This document shows, in pieces, positions 13,065 through 26,673 of a stretch of 64,000 nucleotides of DNA. Position 1 is the first letter of the stretch. Every line of letters begins with the position of its first letter. This stretch comes from Camelus dromedarius (Eukaryota). Location: NCBI RefSeq assembly GCF_036321535.1, contig NC_087437.1, forward strand, positions 38,132,001-38,196,000. The letters run 5' to 3'. The notes beneath the pieces were generated by a model that saw nothing but the letters and a program-made list of their open reading frames with translations, was not told where the DNA came from and did not search any database. A program made the translations under genes and the position numbers.

Positions 13065-13580
13065 TTATCTCTTATGATGTAACAAACCCTCACAAACTTA
13101 GCAGCTTTAAACAACCATTCATGTTGTTCATGATTTCATGTATTGGGAATCTGGAAAGGTCTCAGGTGGGTGGGATGACCTCATTCCACATGGCATCAGT
13201 TAGAGCAGCTTGGGCCAGAGGGTCCCCTAAGTTTCCTTCTTCACTCACATGTCTGGCATGTTGAAATCATTTATCCCTCTCTCTCTGGCATCCTATCCTT
13301 TGATTCTTTCTCTGGAGCTTTTTCTCATAGGCTGGTGGTCTCAAGGAAGTCTTTCTTCTAACATGGTTGCTAGCTTACAAGATTAGCTTTCTGCAGAAAC
13401 TTTCAGGCCAGTTTAAAAGCTAAGCCTGTGCCTGACAGAGCAATCACAGGTTCAATCAGATTTGGTGGGACTGAGAAATAAGCTCAGCTTCTTGGTGAGG
13501 GACTGGCCAGGTGACACTGCAGAGGAACATGGGGGAAGAGAGCTTTCATTATCACCATCTTCGGAAAATACCCTCTTCAA
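13065..13580. mobile_element. MaLR (MLT1-type) LTR
   Basis: GTAACAAACCCTCACAAACTTAGCAGCTTTAAACAACCATT ... TCACTCACATGTCTGG. Confidence 0.7.
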
Positions 13581-14104
13581 CAGTCTATTTATTGTTATTG
13601 TTATTGTCATTTGTCTTCCTTTTACATGCAGCGTAGATGCAAATCTCTTATCTGAAAAAGGTCAGAACCCTCTGTCAACTGAGGACAAATCTCAGTGCTA
13701 GTTATTCCAATGGAGCAAACCAATATTGACTGCCATATTGGTGAGGAGGACTCCTGCCTAGAAGAGAGTGAGTAACAATGAGGGCAACTACTTGAACCCA
13801 TTTTAGGACTCACCCTACAGGCACCTCCTCATTTACAAGCAATAAACTAAAGAAAATGTATTGTCCAGACAATCATATAGTTTGGTCATCATTTTCATTG
13901 CTAATTAGATAGACTTCTCTCAAATCATGCCAATTGGCTTATGAGACCTTCTTCTAGTTTCTTCCAGAAAGTAATGTAGGTCACAACCAACCTTCATTAC
14001 TAAAACTATCAAGAAATGTTCAGGGTCTGAGATTTTACCCTACTTGTAAGCTAATTAAGTAAGCATGTCACAGTTGCATGTATACATATATGCATACATA
14101 TACA

Positions 14105-15477
14105 TATTAGGATCATAAAAATAACCATGCAGGCTGAAACTGTACTAAGCACTCTTCATTTTCAATGAGCCAAATTGCATTGCTCCTTGACCTTTAACAT
14201 TTCTTGCCAAACACTAAAAATTCTCTTACTATTGGTTATAAATATATAGAGATGGGAACATAATAAAACCAATATTTATTTAGAAACATAGGGAATTAAA
14301 GTGTTTTATTTCTTTGTAAAAATGTTATTGAATATTTGAACAGTACTTGCTTTCTCATCTTATGACAGTCAGGTGTATAATTATAATACGTAGCACAGTA
14401 TGGAGTGAGCACTTTTCCTGTCTTGGGAAATGTTGTACTCTTTTCTAAATGTGATCAGCTTCCAACATTTGTCCTTTGTTTTCTTGATGTGAAATATTTC
14501 CAAGCATTATTTAATGTAAAATTATTTGTCACTTTCTCTAGGACATCTGTACCTTTTAAAACATAGTAACTCTTTATTTATGTTGCTAGGTTTGCCTTCA
14601 CTAAACTCCTCTGGCTGCATATTAAGTCTCTCAGACAGTAGTCTTGTCAACATTCCCACAGGCATTTATCTTATAATCACACCCAATTTCATTTTCAGCA
14701 CTTTCACTGTTTATTTCTTTGTTGGACTTTTATCTTTGTTGGAAAACTATCTCCTTTGATTATCCATTTTTGAAGATGTCATGCTGGCTTATTACTGGTG
14801 GGTCAGAAAGCAATACAACTGCACACTTTGCTGTCTGTGCATGAACTGCATAAAAGATGCTCAGGGAACAATCATCAGCAGACTTTGAAAAAAGTGACCT
14901 GATTGGTCACTGATTGTGATATGCATCTGTTATTTACATGATTATGGAAGGAAGACCCAGTAGTAAAATTTGTGCTTTATGCATTTAATCATAGTTAATA
15001 TTCTGTGGTAACTGAAATCTGAATCTAGCTGTCTAAGTTAGGACTGCTATAACAAATAACCATAAACTGGAAAGATAAAACAATAAACATTTATTTCTCA
15101 AAGTTCTGGAGGTTGGAAACACCAAGATCAAGTTTTCAAAAGACTCAATGTCTGGTTAAGGCCCTCTTTCTAGTTTGCACACTGCAGCCTTCTTATTGAA
15201 TCCTCTCATGGTAGAAAGTGATCATCTCTGTTATGTCTTTTCTTATAAGGGCACTAATTCCATCACCAGGGACTCCACCCTCATGACCCAAATTGTCTCC
15301 CAAAGGCCCTAACTCCAATTGCCATCATTTTGGAGATTAAGGTTTCAACATATGTATTTAAGGGAACACAAAGTTTCAGTCCATAGCACATGCTCTTGGA
15401 GGATTGGTGTTATGTAACTAAACCATAGAAACTGAAATTTGTCAATTTGAAATCATGCAAACTAAAAACTGCATGTG
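14105..15477 (-). mobile_element. Tigger-family DNA transposon (Tigger6-like), split by a nested MaLR LTR
   Basis: Reverse complement matches recalled Tigger6-type text (AATGTTGGAAGCTGATC, TGCAGCCAGAGGAGTTTAGTGAAGGC, CAGTGACCAATCAGGTCAC) and resumes after 15388. Confidence 0.7.
15030..15388 (-). mobile_element. MaLR LTR (MLT1A-like) nested in the Tigger element
   Basis: TGCTATAACAAATAACCATAAACTGG ... TCTTATAAGGGCACTAATTCCATC ... TTCAGTCCATAGCA. Confidence 0.85.
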
Positions 15478-15654
15478 TGTCTGTATGTATATATAAAGGG
15501 AGAAAGGGAGAGAGAGAAAAAAAAAGAGAAAGAGAAAACAAATGAGGAAAAATGTAAGCAATTTTGATGAAGTTGATTATAGAGTATACAAGCATTTCTT
15601 ATACCATTTTTGTAATTTTTCTTTGTTTTTTAATACATTAGAATTAATTTTTCT

Positions 15655-16005
15655 TTCCTTTTTTAGACTTACTGAGATATAATTCACATATAACATTGTG
15701 TGAGTTTATGGTGTATAATGTAATGACTTGATATATGTGTATATTGCTACATGATTACCTCAGTAAGGTTAAGTAACGAAACCATAACTTCACATTTTCA
15801 TTTTCTTTATTTGTTCATCCATTGACAGATACTCCAGTTGTTTCCATATTTTTACCTATTGTAAAAAATCTGCAAAGAATATGGGGGTGCAGTTATCTCT
15901 TTGAGACAGTGATTTCATTTCTTTTGGATATATTAAGAAGTGGAATTGCTAAACCATATGGTAGTTCTGTCTTTGGCTTTTTAGGGAACATCCATTTTGT
16001 TTACC
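15655..16005 (-). mobile_element. L1 3' end fragment
   Basis: TACTGAGATATAATTCACATATAACATTGTG ... AGAAGTGGAATTGCT. Confidence 0.8.
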
Positions 16006-16391
16006 GTAGGGGTTTTCTCTTGACTCTGGTTATAAGAAGAGTTATCTCACTTCTTATTGTCTGTGCTCTGTGTTAACTATTATTGATGAACTTGAGAATT
16101 TCTATGAAAGCTAGAGATTACTTTAAAACTATCAATCTTCCCTTTCTTCTTATTATGGGTGAAGTTGTATATCATTGCATTGGATCATTCTTCATATGTG
16201 TTGAGAGAGTTGTAAGATTTTTAGGGTATGTGTTCTCAACCTTGATCCCAATTTGACAGACTTGAGAACCTCTGTCAAATAATTTAATTCTCCAGGGAAA
16301 TTCAGAAATAATTTGATATAATAAATTTGTAAAATAAAGTTAACACATAATGTCATGTATTTTGGAATAATTCTTTCTTTAAAAAAATCAG

Positions 16392-16435
16392 GTGATGTAC
16401 AATATCAAGTCTTCAAATACTCTGTGTATCTGTTG
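16392..16435 (+). CDS. Candidate exon e (VMYNIKSSNTLCIC-W), open
   Basis: CAG/G acceptor, TG/GTAAAC donor; phase 0 to 2, joins exon f in frame; ATG at 16395. Confidence 0.55.
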
Positions 16436-17632
16436 GTAAACTTACATTTTTTTTGCTAATTAGAAATAAGTGCGTATAATACTAATGTCTCTCTTGTGAA
16501 ACGATTTGAATAATAACAGTTAAATAACTTTAAAAGAGTTGCTTAAATTTATTGTTGTTTTTATAGTTTTACTTTTTTGTGTCATTTCCACTAATTATAG
16601 CTCTTGTAATTTGGGTCAACAACAAAAACTATGTTTATCTATATTTTATTGCAACTATCGATATTTAGAATAGGAAAAGTATTGTATGTTAGACAAACAT
16701 GTCAATAATTCTCAGATTTGATTTTTGATATTCTAACAATTGTGTATTTTGAATGGAAGAAAGTGTATTGATGATTTTATTCCTATACACTATCTGACTT
16801 AATACAGATTTACTTTATATAATTGGTCATGATCTGATGAGGCAAAAAATAGTTAATTGTTTTAAAAAAGATATCAAGTATATTGTCACAGCATGTCCGC
16901 TGGCATTAATACTTTGAAATAGAATTATTTTTCAAATAACGTTTCCCGCAGTGAAACAAATAAAAGAACTTTCTTATATTTTGTTTTATGAAGGAGGATT
17001 TTGTTCACAACTGAGAATTTTGAAAAAAAATCTGTTTTTCCAACTTTGATATATTTTTTCAAAATAAATTACTTTCAAATATATGAAAGACTTTAAAAAG
17101 GTCTCTGAATAATGATGGTAACAGTAGAAATTAAATAAACTTGATAGCTTGTATTTGTTTTATTGCTAACATATTTTATGACTCCACAACATTGCAGCGT
17201 TTTCCTAATTTTTGCTACAAAAGGGAAGCAAAACAGCAGTTTATTGTGGCAATACTTCATACTGGCCTACTTCTGTAAATTGTCTTAAGGCTCTAGGGTA
17301 AAGAGAACATTCATGCTTTTAAATTGGATACAAAAACAGTTTCTATCCCATAACCGTTGTAGCATAAATCGTCAGATAGAGACCTATTAGATATGTCTAA
17401 ATGCATTGTTGCTCGGCAAATTATAAACACTTTTTTTTTGGTGCGTTTTACCTGGAGTGAGCTTATTTAGAATTTTATTGAATATTTTAAAAATACAATG
17501 TAAGTTATTAAGCATTTTCAGTTTCCAATAACATGGTTCTTGAGGTATGTGATGCAAGCTTGGTGCTGTTTCTTCAGTGACCAATTACCAGCAGACTTTG
17601 AAAGAAGGGACCTGATTGGTTACTGATTATGA

Positions 17633-17746
17633 CACTCTCTTCTCTGTATGTTAACATAGTGTTTAAGGGCATGAGCTTTGGATTGAGACAAAACTGGATT
17701 TAAATTCCAACACCAATGCTTACTAGTTATGTGTCCTTAAGCAAGT
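17633..17746 (+). repeat. 114-bp near-identical copy of 18977-19090 (contains MIR-like sequence)
   Basis: Direct comparison: 3 mismatches in 114 nt. Confidence 0.95.
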
Positions 17747-18685
17747 CTTTTTAGAATGGAATATAGTCGCTCAGTGTTTCTGGGAAAGAAAGAGAAAGAA
17801 AGAAAGAAGGGAAGGAAGAAAGGAATGGAGGGAGGGAGGAGAGGATGGAGGGAAGAGAGAAAACTGGAATAAGGAAGAAATAGGAAATAAAAATTAAGCA
17901 ATCATGAACACATATTCAGGATAAGTGGAATATAGGCAGAGACTTCAAACATTAAAATAATGCTATTGATCTTGATAAATACCTTAAGGATCTGTACATG
18001 GTGTTTATGAAAGCAGGCGAAAGGTTATTTTTGACACACACCCCTTCCACTTTTTCTACATCACATACGGAAATTCCTATTGCCTTAGTTATAAATCAGT
18101 TTTTGTATAAATATTTGGTGAAATGGGACAAACACCTATACTTTCATCTCTATATTAGAAGGTATTAAAGATTTGTATATTTTACATTTTACATTTAAGA
18201 TTAAACAGGTTTTTTTTTCATTTTGTAGATACTTATTTTGACATTCACAATTTGGGTGCTAAGAGGAGAAGAAGTTTTTTTTCTTAAATCTTGTCTCTGT
18301 ATCTTCCTTTTTATACTGAAATTATAATAAGTAAAAATATTGGTCTTCTTATTAGATTATATTTCAGGATCTAGTCTCAGTTACCAATTTTGTCATTGGG
18401 GCTGGTGTGGCAAGTGGGTGAGAACCAGGTCTAAAGATGTTTATATGCTAATTTACTCTGAAGCTAATACTGAAGAATGTTTCCCCTCATCTGTAAATTA
18501 ATCCTTCTTAAGTGTTTACAGAGTCCTTGATTCTTCTCCCCCAAATCCTGGTCTATCATTGACATAATATGAAGAAATAACAGTAACTGGCAGGTGGGTT
18601 TCAGAGGTGTATTACTAGTGAAAAGTTTTGGCTGCATTAAGGGCCTCTCTTGCACAGGTTATAATGCACTCATAGTCATTTTCAG

Positions 18686-18773
18686 GCTGGTTGGCAATTT
18701 GAAGTGCTTTGCTGAATCTGTAAATTGTTATATAATCAGTTACATGCCTTTGAGTATTTTTTATTCCACTTCA
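18686..18773 (+). CDS. Candidate exon f (LVGNLKCFAESVNCYIISYMPLSIFYSTS), open
   Basis: TCATTTTCAG/G acceptor, TCA/GTAAGC donor; phase 2 to 0. Confidence 0.65.
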
Positions 18774-18976
18774 GTAAGCCCAAAGCAATTGCAAGAAGCA
18801 GGCAGCCCTGATGGAAATGTGAAAATGAGTTGAGTTTTCTTGGTTACTTACCGAGAATCACTTTCTCCTCTCTCTACCTAGTTATACCCCTCCACAATTG
18901 CCCAGTATTTCATCTCCTGAAGCTTCAATCCTGAAATCATTGTTTTGGAGGCTGACCAGGTCTTAATCTTCAAGAT

Positions 18977-19090
18977 CACTCTCTTCTCTGTATGTTAACA
19001 TAGTGTTTAAGGGCATGAGATTTGGACTGAGACAAAACTGGATTTAAATTCCAACACCAATGCTTACTAGCTATGTGTCCTTAAGCAAGT
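18977..19090 (+). repeat. Second copy of the 114-bp duplication (MIR fragment, continues to about 19200)
   Basis: Matches 17633-17746; this copy continues into TTTTCTCTCTGTAAAG MIR core sequence. Confidence 0.9.
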
Positions 19091-19209
19091 TCCAGTTTTT
19101 CTCTCTGTAAAGTAATTGTATTAATAGTTATGTCAGAAAAGTTTAATGTAATGATTTACTCGAAGAGCTTAAATTGTGTCTAAATACTCAAAAAATGGTA
19201 ACCCTGTAG

Positions 19210-20282
19210 AAGCATGTCGGAATAGTGGCATGAGAAGTTTTGCAAACTCCCTCCCCATAGAAAGATCCAGAACTGGTGAATATGATAAAGCAATTTAAAT
19301 TCTATGGAAATTGTCCTAAAGGTATAAAGAAAACAGGGAAATTTTTATTCTAGAAAAGGTAATAAATCATCATAAGAACAGGGAGAGCCTAGGACAGCTT
19401 TCCTCCTCCCACCCACTGAGCTCGGCACGCTGGAAGCTCTACCACAGGCAGGTGCAGACAAAAACTCAGAGCCTTCTCTTCCCTCTGCTCTCAGGGAGGG
19501 AGGGCTTCAGCATCTCCCCCAGTTCCACATTGCAGAAGTTTCACTCCAGGAAAAAAAGACTAAGAGATCTGGGGCTGTCTTCATCCACTCAGCCTCCACT
19601 CTCAGGAGGAGTTCTACTCAGTTAAGGCAGGCCAGGAATGCAAGGGCTCTCAATCACTCTCACCCCAGCTCGCTCATGGGGCAGAGACTTTTCAGTCAAG
19701 AGAGGTAAGCTGAGAAGACCAGAGGCTACTGCTCTCACTCAGAGCCCTGCTTATAAATCACGGATCACTCTGAGAGAAGCCAGCCACTGCCTAAATCCAC
19801 CGCTACAAAGTAGTGGCTCAGAGATTTTATCCACAATCATAAAAACATATGTCTGCATGAAAAGTTGCACACAAATGTTCACAGCATCATTAATTATTAT
19901 AGTCCAAAAGTGTAAATGCCCCAAATGCCCATCAAGTGGTGAATGCATAAAGAAAATATGGTTACCCATGCAATGGGATGTTATTCAGGCGTAAAAATGA
20001 ATGAAGTACTGATACATGCTACAATATAGATGAACATTGAAAATATTGTGCTAATTATAAGTCTGTCACAAAAGAACACATATGTTAACATTCCATTTAT
20101 AAGAAAAGACCAGAATAAGAAAATCCGTAGAGACAGAGAATAGATTAATGATTTCTAAGGACTGGTGGAGGGGAGATGGGAAGTAACATTTTTCCTTTTA
20201 GGAGTGATGAAAATATTCTGAACTTAGGTTGTAGTGGTGGGTTGTGATATATAAATTATATCTAAATAAAGTTTCTAAAAAA
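19210..20282 (+). mobile_element. Old L1 5' region fragment joined to an L1MB/MC-type 3' end
   Basis: The part from about 19830 (CACACAAATGTTCACAGCATCATT ... GAATGAAGTACTGATACATGCTACAA ... TAAATTATATCTAAATAAAG) is classic L1M 3' sequence. The upstream part is an L1 5'UTR-like GC-richer tract. Confidence 0.75.
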
Positions 20283-21164
20283 TGATGACTCTCTCTCTCA
20301 ATAATAAACTTGATTTTGATCCACTCTTTCAAAACCTTTGATAAACTTTTGTCAATAAATCAGATCAATCAAGTCTTAATATAGTAAAGTAACTCTTCTG
20401 GTCACAATCAGAGATAAAAAAATTCAGGAGACAATATCATTTTACTCAATATAGCTCCAATAAAAGTGGGAAAAAAATCTTTCTAAATAAGAAGAAAAAG
20501 ATACTTTGAAGAAAGTGCAAAACAATTTTGTTCCCAATTGATATTTAATGATGTGCTAAAAATTTCAACACCAAAGTTTATGATAAAATGGATAGGATAA
20601 TCCATAGATCTAAATATACAAAGACATAGAGAAAAAAAAAAAAGCTGGAAGAAAATACAGCAAGATAGTAATTACTTTAATCTTAGCTGGTGGAATTGCA
20701 TGAGATCATTCTATTTTTATTTTTCTGTATTCTTATTTCTATAATTACATATATTTTGGTAATCTGAGCAATTTAACTCCTTTAAAAAGAAAGGAAAGAT
20801 GTAAGTTTTCAAAGAGTAACATAAATAATTATTAAAAGTTTCCATATCTTACTCATGCTAGTTGATATAAATGATGCTAGTTGATATAAAGGATTTAAAG
20901 ATACATAAAACTCAGGCTGTCTTTTCACTTAGTAAAGGAGATGAATTCTGTCCATAAATCTACCACAAACTTTAAAGCTACTGTATGATTGATATTATAT
21001 GTGTATTAAGAGCCATAATGGCTGGGGAACCTCTAGGGGAGGATCCTTTCTGATAAGGAGGTTTTATGGAAAAGATGCTTTACATTTGCCTAGGAAAACT
21101 TCACAATGGAGAAGAACAAACACATAATTTTCCATGTTTTCACAAAATTTAATGTGAAATGGAC

Positions 21165-21785
21165 TTTCTTAAAAAAAAATCAGGTCAGATTACATTACTC
21201 TTGTATTTAAACCTGCCACTGGCTCTCCTGTTCACTTTGACAAAAAATAAAATCTTTCGAACAGCTTACAAAGCCTGATATCACTTGATCTCTTATTAAT
21301 CCTCCGACCTAAGCCTCTTCTACTTTTCTCCTGGATCATACAGCTCCAGCCACACTGGCCTCCTGCTGTTCCTAGGCATCCCATCATGCCGTCCCCTGGG
21401 AGTTTTACACTGGGGTTTTCTTCTGTCCTTTTCCAGGGGGTTGCATGACCAACTCCTTTACAACTTCCCAGGTTGCTCGCTGTTACCTTCTCACGGAGAC
21501 CAGTCCTGCCACCTGCTTAGTGCAGCACATTGCCCCCACACTACCTTCACAGCCACCGTCCTTTCCCTGCTCTACTTCTTCCTTCCATAGCAATTATCAT
21601 ATTCAATAACATGCTATATTACTTCCTTACTTATTATGTTCGCCCCCATCTCCCCAAGCCTGATAAAATAACTTTACCTGGGCAGGGATCTTGCTGTGCT
21701 TGATTTATTGGTATATTTCAAGCATGTAGAATAGTTCCTAGTAAGTAGACAACAGATTTGTTAAACAAATGGACGAATGAATGAA
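21165..21785 (+). mobile_element. L2 (L2a-like) 3' end
   Basis: CTCCAGCCACACTGGCCTCCTGCTGTTCCT ... GGCAGGGATCTTG ... GAATGAATGAA tail. Confidence 0.85.
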
Positions 21786-21899
21786 GCAATCATTAGAAGA
21801 AAAAGAACATGCAAACTATAGTGTTTCGGTCCAGAATATTGAAAATGAGCCTTAAAAAGTTAATAAATATATATAAATACAAATAAAGTTAAAATAAAT

Positions 21900-24400
21900 T
21901 TAACTGCTCAATGCTATGCAAAGAAGGTTGAATGATCTAATGATGCATTATTTTTTAGGGACACGTAGATTTCCAAAATCTATATTAAAAGACCAAAAAT
22001 ATTTACAGTCCAAAGGTCTGAAGATTTTAAGGTATGACATTTCTTAAGTATCAGGATAAGAAGTTTTCATTAGTGAATCATTTCAATGAAATATCATTCC
22101 AGGAATGAGATCATTCTGGTACAATTTAAAATGCCACAGTGTACAATGGAAGAAAATGTTCCAAATTCATTTTTGATGCTACCTTAAGAATACTTCACAT
22201 AACAAAAATAGCAGTAAAAAAAACTGTTACCTAATTTCATTTAGTTTAAATGCAAAAAAATGAAATATTAGAAGATGAAGTGAAATTATATTTATATATT
22301 ATAATACAAAAATGTGGGATTGATTTTAAGAATATACGAAAAATAAAGCTAGAAAATTCACTATTGTAAGTTACCACTTTAAATGTAACAAGATGAAAAT
22401 TAATATTCCTCATAAATTTTGACAAAATTCAAGTAGAATCAGATAGCTACTCTGTATATAGCAAAATATATATAATTTCAGCCATACAACTAGCACTAAC
22501 CTTAATGTGATTTAAACAACTATTGTTATTTAAAAACTTAACATTGCCTCAAAGTACTTATACAAGGGAGAAAAATTAGAGTTATAAATACTAGATAGGA
22601 GGAGGCAAAAAAATAATTTTTTGTACTTCAAGATTGGTTACTTAGAAAACTTAAAATACTTATCTGTAAAAGTACAGACTGTCCCCCACTTACAATGTTT
22701 CAACTTAACAATTTTTCTTTCGACTTTATTATGGTACAAAAGCAGTATGTGTTCAGTAGAAACCACTCTTTGAATCTTGAATTTTGATCTTTTCCCGGCT
22801 AACAATATGCTATATGATACTCCCTCGTGATGCTGGACAGGGCAGCTCCCCGTTGGCCATGTGGCCACATGACCACGTGACCAACAACTGATACACTTAC
22901 AACCATTCTGTACACATACAACTGTTCCATTTTTCGCTTTAGGTAAAGTATTTAATAAGTTACATTATATATTCAACACTTTGTTATAAAATAGGACTTG
23001 TGTTAGATAATTTTGCTCCGCAGAAGGACTAATGTAGGTGTTCTGAGCACGTTTAAAGTAGGCGAGGCCAAGCTGTGATGCTCAGTAGGCTAGGTGTACT
23101 AAATGCATTTTCAGCTTATGATATTTTCAATTTATAATGGGTTTATCTGATGTAACCCTATCATAAGTTGAGGACAGTCTATACTAGAAACAAATGATTC
23201 AGCAAATTTACTAATTTTAGAATAAAAAAGGCAAATAAATGCTTTTTATAAGTTATAAATAACAAATACATGGCTAATATGTCCTATTAACAGTAATCAT
23301 AACAAAAAACCTAGGTATGTATTCAACAAAAATTGTTTGGATATCTAAAACATAATCTGAGTAACAAAATGATTCAAATAAATGGAAACACGTGTTATGT
23401 TTTATTTTATATGGATGCTGTCTATGGTATGGTCCATAGTTAGGTAACATACATTTATACACAAATGGCATTTCAAAGGCAAATACAACCCCCTCCTCTG
23501 GGGGGTTACTTTTAACAAAATAATACAAAATTCCTGCAGAAAAACTAATGATGCAAGTAATTGTTTTGAAATATATGTGACAATATTCAGAAAACTTCTG
23601 AAAAGTAGAGCAGGAGGAAAAGTTAATCCTTCTATTTTTTAGAAACAATGTTATAGCACTTAACCTAGGCTGAAACTAACATATGAAGGAATAAATACAT
23701 TAATTAGATATAATGGAAGGTCAAATTTATATGATAATTCCATAGGTGCAAAAAAGACATTTCAGATCATTTGGGGGGAAGTTGAGTATTTGTTGTGACA
23801 GCTGGTTAGCCATTTGTAGAAAAATAACCTGTAATTTTACATCACGACTTGTATTAAAAGAAATTCCAGATGGATTGAATATTTAAATGTCAAAATGAGA
23901 CCAGAAGTTTATTAGAAGGAAAACCATGGATTTAAAAATGGTAAACTTGGAATGGAGACATCATTTTTAAACATGGCAACATGTTCAAGAAGCTGATAAA
24001 TCTTACAGAAGATTCAGTTTTGATTATATTTTATTACATTTTACTAGACAGAAAATTAAAGCAAAGAAAGCAAAGAATTCTTAAAAACTAAAAGATGAAG
24101 AAAAACTCTATTGCCAAAAGGTAATTCACAGACACACACACACAAAAGAACTTACAAACAGCTAAGATGATGCTTTTTTGACAATAAAAAGAAATGCAAA
24201 GTAAATGAGGAAAATGTACTACATGTTTTGGGCATATGATTTTATAATATTGATAATAGTATTTGAGAGGAAATCATGCTCATAAATTGTTACTGGGACT
24301 ATATTTTGGTGAAATAGTTGCAGAGCATAATTTGGAACATGTTGTAAAATATAAAATGCAAGTACCCTTTAGTCCAGCAATCATTATGTGGATAAAAACA
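21900..24400 (+). mobile_element. Highly decayed L1 ORF2 remnant (L1ME/L1M5-type), interrupted by MER47
   Basis: AAATTCCAGATGGATTGAATATTTAAATGT and AAAGAAATGCAAAGTAAA motifs; A-rich. Confidence 0.6.
22675..23181 (+). mobile_element. MER47/Tigger5-derived non-autonomous DNA transposon
   Basis: Inverted ends CAGACTGTCC...GGACAGTCTA, flanked by TA at 22673 and 23182; internal text matches recalled MER47. Confidence 0.88.
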
Positions 24401-24879
24401 TAGATTTCATATATATTATATATCTATATGTATATATTTTATATAGTCTCGTGTAGAGATATTCAGAAGCATTGCCTAGAATTATAAATAAATTACTAAG
24501 AGTGATCATTTCTGCGCTAAACCCAGGATGCGGGAGCAGAGTGATGAGTATTCAGAGAAAAACAAAAACAAACGGCACAGGGAAACCTTCAGCCTTCACT
24601 GTGAATTCATCAGTGCTTTTATTTCTTTAGTTTTACTTGTATATGCTTTAGTGTTTTTACTTTTTCTTTCACCATAAGCTTTTATTGCTCTTTATTTTAT
24701 TATTATTTTTTTTATCCTTAGTGTTTTTACTGTTTCTTAGGTTCGCCTTAGTTCATGATCCATGGTAATTACTGATCTAATTTATTGATCAGTTATTTTT
24801 AATAAAACCCCCAATCAAGGCTTCCCAAACCCAAATCCCAAAACTTAACTATATGGTCCTAACACAAGCCATTTACTTT

Positions 24880-25900
24880 CCTTTCCCCACAAGAAATAAC
24901 TACTACTCTAAATTCTCTGTTTATCATTTTTTCCTCTTTATTATATAATCTTATTGCATCTACATATTTTCTGTAAAATATATTTTAAAACTTTTAAGAA
25001 GAATATCAATATATAAAAATGTGAAGACTTAAGTTTAAACTTCATATTATATCCCTATAATTTATTCATGTTTGGGAACACTGCTATAGTTCAATTTTTA
25101 ACTGCTGTCAAATATCCCATTGTATGAATATACTGTGGGATACTAATATATTCTCCTTCTACTCGGAGGTAGAGTTGTTTCTAGGTTTTTACTCTTCTGA
25201 ATTGCAGCTATCAACATTCTTGTACATGTGTTCTCTTGCTGATATGTAGTTAGGCATGGACTAGTCAGCAACAGAGAAAGTGTCTGTTTTCCAAACAGTT
25301 GTGCCATTTTCCACTCCCACCAGCAATGTGCAGAGACTCTGTGACTAACTTCTTCAACACTTAACTATTTTCACACATCCTGATTTTTTTTCCAATTAAT
25401 TGGGTGTAAACAGAACATCATTATAGTCTTGACTTGCATTTCTCTGATTACCATTGATGCTGAGTATCTTTCATATGTTTGTTTCTCATATGTATTTTCT
25501 CTTCTGTAAAGTGCTTATTTATGTCTCTTGCCCATTTTTGTATTGGTAATTTGTTTACTTATTATTGATTTTTGTTATTTATACCTTTTTGTTATGAATA
25601 TTTTAAATATGCTTCCTTTAGTTTGTAACTTGCCATTTTCACTTTCTAAAAGTGACTTTGGAAGAAGAGTCTTTAGCGAAATGTATTTTTTAGAGGCTAT
25701 CTTATTGTGTCTTGTTTTAGACCCCTTTCCATCCCCCAAAGTTTAAGCACATATTTGCCTATATTTTAAAGTTATGTTTTTGTCACTTTTCCTTAATATG
25801 TCTGGATTAATTTTTGTGTGTAGTATATATTTTGTGTACTGTGTATATTTTTCATTTTTCCATATGTGTAATCAAATTCAAAGAGCAATTTTGTTAGTTT
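24880..25900 (-). mobile_element. L1ME-type fragment
   Basis: CACTCCCACCAGCAATGTG and TTGCATTTCTCTGATTACCATTGATGCTGAGTATCTTTCATATG. Confidence 0.75.
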
Positions 25901-26249
25901 CTATCTTTCCCATTTGATTGCTTTTCTAATTAAAAGCGGAAGCAAAGGTAAATAACAAACACAACTCTAGGGTCTAGCTTAAACCTGATTTCCACATGGT
26001 CACTAGTCTCCTTAAATAGATATACTTTGATCATTTAAAATAATACCATGTTCTTTAGGAATCACCTTCAAATTAACTACTGGACTAGGGAGGTTTACAT
26101 GTCCATCTGTGCCCAGGGTATTTTTCTAGCATTTTTATTCCCCCTCAAATTCTGCTATGAAGGAATTTAGACAATTCAAGGTAAGGGGCTTGTGGCAAAT
26201 TGTAAAGCAGGGTCCAAGGGGCTTAATTCTCAAATAGTAACATTGACAG

Positions 26250-26485
26250 ATAATAATAATTTTTACTGTGTTTTTATTATTTTAGGCAATATTCAACCAT
26301 TTATAGTGCGTTATTTCATTTTATATTTGCAATAAGCCATAGAGAGCTTTGAGTATAGTCCCAGCTTTGCGCATGAGGAGGATTCAAGGGGTCATTTAAT
26401 TTGCCTACATCATGTACATCATGTTTAAAGTGATTTGAACCTAATTCTTTATTACTCAAAAGCACATGTTCTTTCCCATTATGTG
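26250..26485 (-). mobile_element. MIR SINE
   Basis: ATAATAATTTTTACTGTG ... ATGAGGAGGATTCAAG ... GATTTGAACCTAATTC. Confidence 0.6.
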
Positions 26486-26546
26486 AAAATATCTTTCTGC
26501 TATCCTAAATTATTCTTGTTGTTTACTCATCCTTTATTGTCTGTAG

Positions 26547-26673
26547 GTTTTCCTAAGGTCTACCTTGAAGCTGATGAAGAAGTTCATTCTCAGTCCTGGC
26601 CCTTTCTTCACGGATGGGTCATTTGTTAGGGCACCAGGACTTCTCGCACGCTGCTATGAATGGCGAGTAGAGG
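26547..26673 (+). CDS. Candidate exon g (VFLRSTLKLMKKFILSPGPFFTDGSFVRAPGLLARCYEWRVE), open
   Basis: CTTTATTGTCTGTAG acceptor, G/GTAGGA donor; phase 0 to 1; richer in GC and CpG than its flanks. The frame stays open to TAA 26730 if the donor is ignored. Confidence 0.75.

Noticed and set aside
20855..20890. Short tandem duplication of ATGCTAGTTGATATAAA
   Set aside because: Ordinary slippage event; only two units, so not an array.
23274..23648. 124-aa minus-strand ORF
   Set aside because: Antisense of decayed L1 ORF2.
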